Assembly: GCA_051294375.1 (NCBI GenBank)
Contig: CM119270.1
Span: 20,920,477-20,984,476, forward strand
Direction: 5' to 3'
DNA length: 64,000 bases
DNA from: Paraspadella gotoi
Taxonomy: Eukaryota > Animalia > Chaetognatha
Shown here one piece after another: positions 23,900 to 35,674 of this stretch. The notes under the pieces were generated by a model. The model had not been told where the DNA came from. It was given only the letters and a program-made list of their open reading frames with translations, and did not search any database. The position numbers and the translations under genes are program-made. Numbering within the stretch: the stretch's first letter is position 1; each line of letters begins with the position of its first letter.

Positions 23900-25118
23900 T
23901 CTCTCCTCTTCATTTTTCATCCTCTTCTGTTTCGAGTGAGATATTTCGATCTTGTCCTATTTTTCTTGACGATGATCCTTACGTCTCATCCGCTTTGGTC
24001 AAATAATTGGGCGTGGCTCGTGACTAAATCTTGGCGTGGCTCGTCACCAATCTCTCTTTGTTTCAACTCTCTTTTTGCCTCTCTCTCTCTCTTTGTTTTC
24101 AACTTTCTTTTGTTCGCGCGTTCTCTTTCCGTTCTTTCAATTTCTCTTTAGACAAATCTGTTTTTCTTTTCGTTTCCTTCAAGTTTTTCCAACTCGTGAT
24201 AACTAATACTTTTTAGTTTTTAATATTTAATTAATCGTAATAACTCGTTCCCTGACGTAGCCTTCGATAATTCTTTCGCAAATATACATTTCACAATCTC
24301 GTTGCAACATCACAAGTTACACATTTTGATTTGCAAGATATTTTATTTTTCCAAATTTTGTTGACACATATCGAATCTTAGTTTTATGCAAGAATCTTGA
24401 TTTTTAATTAATTTTGATTGATAATATTGAATATATTGAATATTGAATATATTGAATCTCCTTCATCTCTGATTTTCAATTCTCTTTTCTTTCTTTTTCT
24501 TTCTTTTATTTATTGCTTGGTTATTGGTTTCAACTTGTTGTCGCGGCTCGGGACAAATTGCTTGCCAAGCGAAATATTCCATGGTTTCTCTGGCACAACA
24601 AGCAAGAGCCGCAGTATCGTTTCCAGAATTTTAAAGGTTCGATTCCACATTTTGAATTCTTACATTTTCTCGTCGTGGCCCTTCTCTCTCTCTCTTTCGG
24701 AATTCAGTCCACGGAACGAGAAAGCAATACTGGACAAATCTGATGGACTTTTGCCTAATGTCCACCAATCCACGACTCACTTCGCTCGCAGCCGAAGCAT
24801 CAAATATTCCAAATCCTTTTTTATTCCCCTTTTTTTCTTTTCTCATTTCAAAAATGTCAATTTTGTGACAAAAGAGAGAGAGAGAGAAAGAAAATCTTCT
24901 TTTTTTGTCTTTTTTCTTTGGAAATAAATCAATTTTTTTAGGAATAAATAAAAGAGTTAGAGAAAAGTTACTGTCAATAATCATTGTTAAATTAATATTA
25001 AAAATCGTGCATAGTAGAGTGGAGTGATGAAAAGATTGAATGATTGAACATTATTTTTTTGCTGCTTATGGACATGTAGTTAATAAATTTTAAATCCTTT
25101 TAAAAATCTTTTTAGCAT

Positions 25119-25534
25119 AACAGTATAGTAAATTCAATTATTTATGTAGTAATATCCTTATAAAATCGTAAAATTTCAAAATAATTTTTTTTATTTTTAA
25201 GAACAGATTTGAATTTGTCTTAAAAAACTAAAAAAAACTTTTATAAAATATTTTATATAATATTTTAATATTTGGATTACAAAAAATGACTAAAACGTTT
25301 TAACATATATAAGTTTTTACTACAGAAAATAAAAAAGTCATAAACTTTTACCTTTTTTACATTTTAAATTTAAACGCTGAAGATGACAGAATTTTTGATA
25401 ACTTGTTTTATATTTTTGATTAAACTTTTTATAAAAAATCTGAATCTTAATTAAAAGTTTTAAAAAAATTATTTTTAAAATTTACCATTTTATAAGAATA
25501 TTACTACAAATATATTGTATTTTACTATTCTGTT
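25119..25534. mobile_element. AT-rich MITE with ~70-bp terminal inverted repeats
   Basis: Left aacagtatagtaaattcaattatttatgtagtaatatccttataaaatcgtaaaatttcaaaataatttttt matches the right-end reverse complement aacagaatagtaaaatacaatatatttgtagtaatattcttataaaatggtaaattttaaaaataatttttt. Further copies lie in the duplicated segments. Confidence 0.75.
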
Positions 25535-26260
25535 CCCGAGACAAAATGAACAAAATAAAACAAAATTTTACTAGTTAGTCATACTATCTCACATCTAAAT
25601 ATCCTTTCGATCATTCAAATATTTTTTTGTTCTTGAGTGCTCCACTCTAATGCATAGTAAAAAATAATAATTCGCGTTCTTATCTCGCGACGTTTATTTT
25701 TTTTCTCAGGGTTCTTCACGAGAATCGAAGAAAAAAAATGAGTTTGAAACGTGTCTCGGTAAGTGACTCACTATCATATTCACATTTCACCCTCTCCCCT
25801 TCTTTCTCACTTTTACTCACTTCTCACATCTCCCCCCCTCCGCCGCTCATCTCCACAGTGTGTTTCGATGCTTTCGCCACAGTGTTTTAATGCTTTGGCG
25901 CGATTCCATAACATCGAAGCAACCTATTCGATATTCCCAGAAAAAAATGATTAAAATTTGTTTTTTTTTGAAAAAAACTCGTAAAGAGGTTTTCTCTTGA
26001 GAGTTGCCAACGGCCTCGATGTATATAGGGCAATCTCCAAATATTTTTTTTTTAATTTGTTTTCTTTTAAGAGTTTATGATTCAACCTCAATCAACCAAA
26101 TATATAAATAAATAATAATAATAATAACCATAAAGGTGCAGCAACAGAAATCTCCTGCCAAATATACCAGAATACCTAAATATAAAAAACTTCAATAAAT
26201 ATAATGAGTGTTTACTGTTTATACTAGATCGGTTCATCTATATATAGATATATATAGATA

Positions 26261-26900
26261 TGTGGTAAGGCCTCGTAGGCGCGCCACAGCGTGACGGAGG
26301 GCGTGGCACCGGCGTTGCACGGTTCTAAGACGACGTTAGTGAGAGCGTGAGTCTCTAAGAGATGTCGTCGCAGGGAAGGCGTGAAACGGGATTTGAATTG
26401 TTTATAAGACTTCTTAATGTATTTATTACATTAGTAATTAAAAACGAGTGAAGTGATAATTAATAACATGTATTAACTTCAAGAGATAAAAACCAGACTG
26501 AAGAATCTTCAGTTAACAATTGAAAAAGTAAACAGTCTATAAACAAAAGAATATTAAAGATTTAAATAATTCTGACATCTTCAGGAGATGAAGAAAACAA
26601 ATGATCCGATCTTGAAATGCTTTTTGTTGAATTCGAAGTTGTTGGATTTTCAGGGGTCTGGTTGGCTGATGACTGGGAAATACCAATCGCCAGAGATCGA
26701 GTCCGGGACGCGAGAGCGATGGGGAGACTTGGCGCGAGCGAGGGACATCGAAGGAAGCAGTAATGCTGAGCGCAAGGGGGTGGGAGACAGGCCATCTCCG
26801 AGGCGCGGGGTTGGTCAGCGGGCTTCCTGGTACGGGTTCGATCCGCGGGAGCGGCGACTTTATTTCCATAAGTTGAAATAATACACTTCGATTGGCCACA
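26261..26900. mobile_element. Solo LTR (640 bp) with 4-bp target-site duplication
   Basis: Starts TGTGG and ends CCACA (5-bp inverted termini, TG...CA), flanked by GATA on both sides (26257-26260, 26901-26904). Absent from the inverted duplicate of this region (junction near 31190). Confidence 0.8.
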
Positions 26901-28534
26901 GATATATAGATATATTTTATAAAGATATATATAGGATATGTAGTAAAATAATCGCTTTGCAACAAAATTGAGATCGTAATATTGCGCTTTAATGAATTTT
27001 TTATTAATTTAATGATACGATTTTCCAGGAAAAAAATTAGCTACTATATTTGTTGGTATTTTTTGCTACGATTTATTTTCTTCGCAATTTGATTTTTCTC
27101 CAATTTCAATATGATTTCGATGCAGAAGCGCATGATTCACGAACCGAGAAAAATATTACAATATGCAAATGATTTTGAAGAAGAAAAGACAGCTCATCAT
27201 GATTGTTTTTTTGCCTTTAGTTTTGGATGTGGTGGATCATCACGAGATCGCCGCTCGTGTTTCTTCCTGGGGACAGGTGTGAATTGTGAATTGTGACTCT
27301 TTAATGTGTGAACTGGTAATCAATAAAATTCATATTTCAAATCTTGCAGCCGACTGCGCCGCAATGTTTGCGAAACCAAATCGACTTCAGTTGACGCAAT
27401 ATGGAGAGATTTCATTGCGCTGTGATGACTCCCAACCGAACCTGGTTTAGAAGGTTAAGCAATTTATTACTTTGCTTATGCTTTCGTCTAATAAAGTCGT
27501 TGGAAACAAAGACAGCTTATAGCGAATGTCGTCTTATGAATTCACATTTGTCGGTCTGTGTCGACGCCCTAGTTTGATCGGTCGTCATAAGTCAGTTAAC
27601 ACATTATAAACATTTAAAGAAAAGGTCCAGTCCGTCGTAAGTTCGTCATGCTCTTGTCCGCGTCATCTCTCCTGTAGCTTTAAACATAATTACCAATGAG
27701 TGGAGTCATCATGAAATTGTGTTTGATTAGCTGAAACAAGTTTTTGACGAATCGTCAAAGTAGGAATATGTTTAATGATGGAAAAAACAAAAGACAGCGT
27801 TTTACTATATTGATTTTCCTTTTTTTATGTGGAAATGTAAATGGTTTGTGGTGGAGAGTGTAATGGAAGTTTGTGAACTTTTATTTAATTAAATTAAACA
27901 GTTAATTAATTACATTAGTTATATTAATCATTTGATTGGGAAGTTAGCGCTAATTATCGTGAGCGATGCGAAAGCATGTGTTTGCTCAAAGTTTGTTCAA
28001 AAAAAGATAAGAAGAAACTATATCGGTATAGTAATGCACTAATTGAGTAAGTACGCAGGAGGTTGTCTTAACGTCAAGTTTAATACTCTACAACTCTTTT
28101 ATACATATAAGTACAAATTTTTAAGCCTAATTTTTAGCTTAAAAGGCGTTCTCACACTGGATCGTTAATGATAAATATATATTTATCTCCTTCTAATTTT
28201 ATTCCGTACATTTTGTGCATTTCTTTTCGATTTTCTCAGATGTCATGCGAAACGATCCTGAAGAATCTTCTTTCTTTCTCAACAAGATGTAAGTTTGTCT
28301 TTTTATTTTGACTTTCGTCTTATACATGATCCTTTGGCTTAGTTTATCTTCGTAATTAATTAATTTTATTTTTAATTTTAATTTTTGATATTGAAATAAT
28401 AAGAGACCTTTTGAGAAAGAAATCAATAGATCGACATAATACAGAAAGAGAGTGGATGACAGTAAAATAAAAAATAAGAATGAGAGAAGGAAAGAAACAA
28501 TAATTATGAATAAAAATTCAGTATAAAGAATGTA

Positions 28535-28722
28535 GTCGGGCATTGCAATAGGTTTACCCAGCCTATAAGCATGACAGCTGCATGACACATTCAGTCGTGA
28601 CCCTGTTAGTAATCTCATCAACTCATGACGATCACAAATGGTGCCTACCCTGCGGGAAGCGTGAGGACGAACGTAAACCCCCTTAGGTGGCCTGGAAAAC
28701 GCTTAAGCCTGAATCCAAGCCC
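28535..28722 (+). mobile_element. Dispersed SINE-like repeat family copy (truncated by gap)
   Basis: gtcgggcat..gcct..aagcatgac..tcagtcgt(g/a)accc..gaagcgtgaggacg matches the minus-strand element at 62423-62782 and the copy at 39375-39555. Confidence 0.6.
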
Positions 28723-28731
28723 NNNNNNNNN

Positions 28732-29890
28732 NGAGAGAAAGAAAATCTCCTTTTTTTGTCTTTTTTCTTTGGAAATCAATCAATTTTTTTAGGAATAAAT
28801 AAAAGTGTTAGAGAAATGTTAATGTCAATAATCATTGTTAAATTATTATTAACAATCGTGCATAGTAGAGTGGAGTCATGAAAAGATTGAGTGATTGAAC
28901 ATTATTTTTTTGCTGCTTATGGACATGTAGTTAATAAATTTTAAATCCTTTTAAAAATCTTTTTAGCATACCAGTATAGTAAATTCAATTATTTATGTAG
29001 TAATATCCTTATAAAATCGTAAAATTTCAAAATAATTTTTTTTTATTTTTAAGAACAGATTTGAATTTGTCTTAAAAAACTAAAAAAAAACTTTTATAAA
29101 ATATTTTATATAATATTTTCATATTTGGATTACAAAAAATGACTAAAACGTTTTAACATATATAAGTTTCTACTACAGAAAATAAAAAAGTCATAAACTT
29201 TTACCTTTTTCACATTTTAAATTTAAACGCTGAAGATGACAGAATTTTTGATAACTTGTTTTATATTTTTGATTCAACTTTTTATAAAAAAATCTGAATC
29301 TTAATTAAAAGTTTTAAAAAAATTATTTTCAAAATTTACCATTTTATAAGAATATTATTACAAATATATTGTATTTTACTATTCTGTTCCCGAGACAAAA
29401 TGAACAAAATAATTTGTTTACTAGTTAGTCATACTATCTCACATCTAAATATCCTTNNNNNNNNNNNNNNNNNNNNNNNNNNNNNNNNNNNNNNNNNNNN
29501 NNNNNNNNNNNNNNNNNNNNNNNNNNNNNNNNNNNNNNNNNNNNNNNNNNNNNNNNNNNNNNNNNNNNNNNNNNNNNNNNNNNNNNNNNNNNNNNNNNNN
29601 NNNNNNNNNNNNNNNNNNNNNNNNNNNNNNNNNNNNNNNNNNNNNNNNNNNNNNNNNNNNNNNNNNNNNNNNNNNNNNNNNNNNNNNNNNNNNNNNNNNN
29701 NNNNNNNNNNNNNNNNNNNNNNNNNNNNNNNNNNNNNNNNNNNNAGAATCGAAGAAAAAAAATGAGTTTGAAACGTGTCTCGGTGAGTGACTAACTATCA
29801 CATTCACATTTCACCCTCTCCCCTTCTGTCTCACTTTTACTCACTTCTCACACCTCCCCCCTCCGCCGTTCATCTCCACAGAGTGTTTCG
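28732..29890 (+). repeat. Direct duplicate of ~24882-25868 with scattered substitutions (probable second haplotype)
   Basis: Same text with SNP-like differences. It starts at a gap and contains another. Confidence 0.85.
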
Positions 29891-32800
29891 ATTTCTCAGG
29901 ATCGTTTCGCATGACATCTGAGAAAATCGAAAAGAAATGAACAAAATGTACGGAATAAAATTAGAAGGAGATAAATATATATTTATCATTAACGATCCAG
30001 AGTGAGAACGCCTTTAAGCTAAAAATTAGGCTTAAAAATTTGTACTTGTATAAAAGAGTTGTAGAGTATAAATGCTTAAACACTCTTTTCTCTTGGTATT
30101 ACTAATTAGTGATTACTATTACCATAGTTTTCTTTTTGAACAACTTGAGCAAATAATGCTTTATCGGTTCACGATAAATTTAGCGCTAAGCTTCCAATCA
30201 AATGATTAATTAACTAATAATTATTAACTATTTAATTAATTAAATAATAGTTACAACTTCCCATTACATTTACTTTACATTTCACATAAAAAAAGGAAAA
30301 TCAAATAGTAAAACGTGTCTTTTGTTTTTTTCCATTAAACATATTTCCACTTTGACGATTCCGTCAAAACTTGATTTCCAGCTCCAATCAAACACAATTT
30401 CAATTGTGACTTCCACTCATTGGTAATTAATGTTTAAAGCTAAGGGAGGATGGACGGAAAGATGCATGGACGAATTTACAGACGGATGGACATCGTTTTT
30501 CTTTGTAAATTTTTTTATAAATCGATGTTTTTAAAATGATTTGAGTGACTGACCGATCAAACTAGGGGTCGACCGACAGACCGACAAAGTGAATCATAGA
30601 ACCGCATTCTGCTATAGCCGTTTTTCCGAAAGACTTTTTAGACAAAGCATAAGCCAAAGTATAATATTTAACCTTTAAACCAGGTTCGTGTGGAGTCATC
30701 AAGCGAATGATTCTCCATTTGCGTCAACTGAAGTCGATTTGGTTTCGCCAACATTGGCGGCGCAGTCGGCTGAAGATTGAAATATGAATTTTATTGATTA
30801 CCAGTTCGACATTAAGGAGTCACAATTCACAATTCACTATTCACAGATTCACACCTGTCCCCAGGAAGAAAACGAGGCGGCGATCCGTGAGATCCACCAC
30901 ATCCAAAACTAAAGCAAAAAAAAACAATCATGATGAGCTGTTCTTTTTTCTTCAAAATCATTTGCAATTCGCAATATTTTTCTCGTTCGTGAATCATGCG
31001 CTTGCACGAATCAATATTGTAAATTGTTGAAAAAATCAATTGCGAAGAAATTTAATCGTAGCAAAAATACCAAAAAATATAGTAGTAATTTTTTCCTGGG
31101 AAAAAGTATCATTAAATTAATAATAATTCATGAAGCGATATGTACGATCTCAATTATTTTGTTGCAAAGCGATATTTTACAACATATAGATAACCGATCT
31201 GTTAAACACTCATTTTATCTATAATATATCTTATCATATTGATATTCATATATCAGGAGATCTGTTGTGCACTTTTTGGTATGTATTAATTATATGTATA
31301 TTATTATTTATATATGACACGACTGCAGTTAACTGGCGAAACCTACCCACTGCAATTTTTAGCACATTTTTATATCTGTGGCCACTCTGAGGTGAATAAT
31401 AAAACTCTTAAAAAAACAAATTAAAAAAAAAATATTTGGAGATTGCCCTATATACATCGAGGCCGTTGGCAACTCTGCAAGAGAAAACCTTTACGAGTAT
31501 TTTCAAAAAAAAAACAAATTTAATCATTTTTTTTCTGGAAATTCTGAATAGGTTTGCTTCGATGTTATGGAATACGCGCCAAACGCATTAAAACAATGTG
31601 GCGAAAGCATCGAGAACACTCGTGGATATGAACGGCGGAAGGGGGAGGTGTGAGAAGTGAGTAAAAGTGAGACAGAAGGGGAGAGGGTGAAAGTGATATG
31701 TAATAGTTAGTCACTCACCGAGACACGTTTAAACTCATTTTTTTTTCTTCGGATTCTTCGTGAAGACCTGAAAAAAAATAGCGTCGGGATAAAAAAACAC
31801 ATTATTATTTTTTACTATAGCACAGAGTGGACACTCAAGAACAAAAAAATTTGGTATGAATGATCGAACAAGGAGATTTAGATGTGAAGATATGTAGATG
31901 ACTAACTAGTAAACAAAATTATTTTGTTTCATTTTTGTTCTCGTCGCGAGACAGAAATAAGTGAAAAACAGATATATTTGTATAATATTCTTATAAAATG
32001 GAAATTTTTGAAAATAGATTTTTTTAAAACTTTTAATTAAGATCAGATTTTTTTATAAAAAGTTGAATCAAAAATATAAAACAAGTTATCACAAATTCTG
32101 TCATCTTCAGCGTTTAAATTTAAATGTAAAAAGGTAAAATTTTATGATTTTTTATTTTCTGCTAGTAGAAACTATATATGTTAAAACGTTTTAGTCATTT
32201 TTTGTAATCCAAATATGAATATTATATAAATATTTTATAAAGTTTTTTTTTAGTTTTTAAGACAAATTCAAATCTGTTCTTAAAAATAAAAAAAAAATTA
32301 TTTTGAAAATTTTAACGATTTATAAGGATATTACTACATTAAATAATTGAATTTATATACTGGTATGCTAAAAAGATTTTTAAAAAGGATTTAAAATTTA
32401 TTAACTACATGTCCATAAGCAGCAAAAAAATAATGTTCAATCACTCAACTTTCATAACTCCACTCTACTATGCACGATTGTTAATATAATTTAACAATGA
32501 TTATTGACATAACATTTCTCTAAACTTTTATTTATTCCAAAAAAATTGATTGATTTCCAAAAAAAAAGACAAAAAAAAGGAGATTTTCTTTCTCTCTCTC
32601 TCTCTTTTGTCACAAAATTGACATTTTTGAAATGAGAAAAGAGAAAAAAAGGGGAAATAAAAAAGGATTGGAATATTTGAATGCTTCGGCTCGCGAGCGA
32701 AGTGAGTCGTGGATTGGTGGACATTAGCAAAAGTCCATCAGATCTTGTCCAGTATTGCTTTTTCGTTCCGTGGACTGAATTCCGAAAGAGAGAGAGAAGG

Positions 32801-33611
32801 GCCACGACGAGAAAATGATAAGAATTCAAAATGTGGAATCGAACCTTTAAAATTCTGGAAACGATACTGCGGCTCTTGCTTGTTGTGGCACAGAAACCAT
32901 GGAATATTTCGCTTGGCAAGCAATTTGTCCCGAGCGCGACATCAAGTTGAAACCAATAACCAAGCCATAAATAAAAGAAAGAAAAAAGAAAGAAAAGAGA
33001 ATTGAAAATCAGAGATGAGGAGATTCAATATATTCAATATTCAATATATTCAATATTATCAATCAAAATTAATTAAAAATTCAAGATTCTTGCATAAAAC
33101 TAAGATTCGATATGTGTCAACAAAATTTGGGAAAAATAAAATATCTGCAAATCAAAATGTGTAACTTGTGATGTTTGCAACGAGATAGTGAATATGTAAT
33201 ATTATTGCCGATTAATTAAATATTAAAAACTAAAAAAGTATTAGTTATTACGAGTTGGAACAACTGAAGGAAACGAAAAGAAAAACAGATTTGTCTAAAG
33301 AGAAATTGAAAGAACGGAAAGAGAACGCGCGAACAAAAGAAGTTGAAAACAAAGAGAGAGAGAGAGAGAGACGAGAGACGAGAGAGAGAGAGAGAGACGA
33401 GAGAAGAGAGAGAGGAGAGAGAGCCGGGAGAGAGAGGCAAAAGAGAGTTGAAAAACAAAGAGAGATTGGTGACCGAGCCACGCCAAGATTTAGTCACGAG
33501 CCACGCCCAATTATTTGACCAAAAGCGGATGAGACGTAAGGATCATGTCAAGAAAACTAGGACAGAATCGAAATATCTCACTTCGAACAAGAAGAGGATG
33601 AAAAATGAGAG

Positions 33612-33681
<70 letters not shown>

Positions 33682-34381
33682 AGAGACATTTCCATCGTGG
33701 TGGAAATTCTCTATCCAAATTTCCGTCTGCTCGTCTCGACGAAATTTCTCTCCTTTTAACCAACGCGACTCGCAACTTTTTTTTTAGATTCGCGTCTCGT
33801 TTTTTTTTTTTTTTTTTTTTTACGCTCGTTGGCCGACGCGTCGACAAGCCGAACAACCGATGGCGACAGAAAGAGGTCAACGTTGTTTAAAAACTAAAAC
33901 TCATATGATTCATATGATTTAACTAAACTTTTCTAAATACTAATCACATCGTAACTCATTGTGAGATATGCAAATTATTTTGATTTCATGAAATAAGGTA
34001 TTTCCTTTCACGTTGTGAAATGTCTTTTAAAGGCAATTCATCCCATCTTTTTCAAATGTGAATTTTGACACTCCGAATAACAGATGGAACATTCTCTCTT
34101 GCGACCAAGCGGTCTTGGTTCACGCCCATTAGTATCATATTGCCAATGTGCATGAACGATATTAAAAACCTAGCACTTAACATTAGTAACTAATATCTAG
34201 CGATATTTTTTTTTTAAACGAATCATTTTCTAAGATTTGACAAATATTAGAAACTCGCTGCTTGGTCGGCGCTCATTCGTCTCGACCGAAAGCTGCCGCA
34301 TAAATTTGGCCGACAACCCGACAGGATTCCGCTGCGCTTGTTTTCACGTGTGTAGAGAGAGAGAGAGAGATGAGAGAGAGA

Positions 34382-34429
<48 letters not shown>

Positions 34430-35674
34430 CTGGGCTTTTTCGTACCTCTGGCACCAAATATGAGGAGATTAGTGGACAATGATGAGCGGAGGGATGAGAA
34501 GGAGAACATAATATGTACGGAGAGATGAGAAGGAGAACTAATATATGGACGGAGGGATGAGAAGGAGAACATAAGAGGACAGAGGTGGATGAGAAGGAGA
34601 ACATAAGATGGACGGAGGGATGAGAAGAAGAACAATAAGATGGTCGGAGGGATGAGAAGGAGACAATAATGATGCGACAGAGAGATGAGAAGGAGAACAT
34701 AAGATCGACGAAGGGATGAGAAGGAGAACAATATTATGGACGGAGGGATGAGAAGGAGAACATATTATGGACGGAGGGATGAGAAGGAGAACATAAGATG
34801 AAGACGGGGATGAGAAGCAATTGGCGAGGGATGAAAAGAGAACATAAGATTGAGCGGAGGATCGACCCTTGGATGGAAATTGGGGAGTTGTGGTGAAAGG
34901 AGAGCATTGTAAAGTGAAAGTCGCCGCATTTAGGTTAAGTGAGTGAAAAATGGGGAGGCGCAGAGGAACATGGCTATTAGTGGCGCTTCTGTGGCTTTTT
35001 TCAATCTATTGTGGAATCCGAAAAAGATAGTTTTGTGGCTATAATCAAGCGGATAGACATGTGTTAACGTTAATTTTAATTAGACATCGTAAAATATATA
35101 TTCATGGAATCAAATCTTTTTTATGACGTCAACATTTTATTACGGACGTAACCCTAACATTTGATGTTGTTGTTGTAATTTGTTGTTGTTGATGTTTGTT
35201 GTTTGTAACGCACTTTCGCAAAATTTGTGGGAAAAAATAAAAACAAAAGGGAAATAAATGAGTCGAGCGAGACAGATAATTCTGGCTAATCAAGAAAGAG
35301 CTTAGGGTTTCGCCAAAGGGAGTAAGTTTTAGTTTTCGAAAGATTTATAATTTTTTTTATTATATCATGCGCAATTAAAAAGAGATAGATTACTTTACGA
35401 TGAGATTGTGAATATTAATTCGTGAGTCAGATAAAATGATCAAAACGCGCTTTCCTCATATTCACGCGATTAACAAGAACATATAATCCGCAGTGGAGAA
35501 ACGAGATAATGGATACCTTTGCTTTATCTCATCTCAATCATTCCACTGGTATATATCTAATCAGGGGCGCGTGGACTTTTAAGGATCAACAACAGCGCGT
35601 GTCATTTTATTCGTTTCATTAAATTGGTACAACCAGTAAAAAAACTTAACGATTTCACTTAATAAATAAGCCAT
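29890..35674 (-). repeat. Indel-rich inverted duplicate of 21649-28266
   Basis: Both ends match: tcaggatcgtttcgcatgacatctgag is the reverse complement of 28234-28260, and taaataagccat is the reverse complement of 21649-21660. It carries the variants of the 28732-29890 copy and lacks the solo LTR. Confidence 0.9.

Noticed and set aside
28225-28270. gaaac...ctgaaga as a further hammerhead
   Set aside because: No stems I or II can be formed around the core words.
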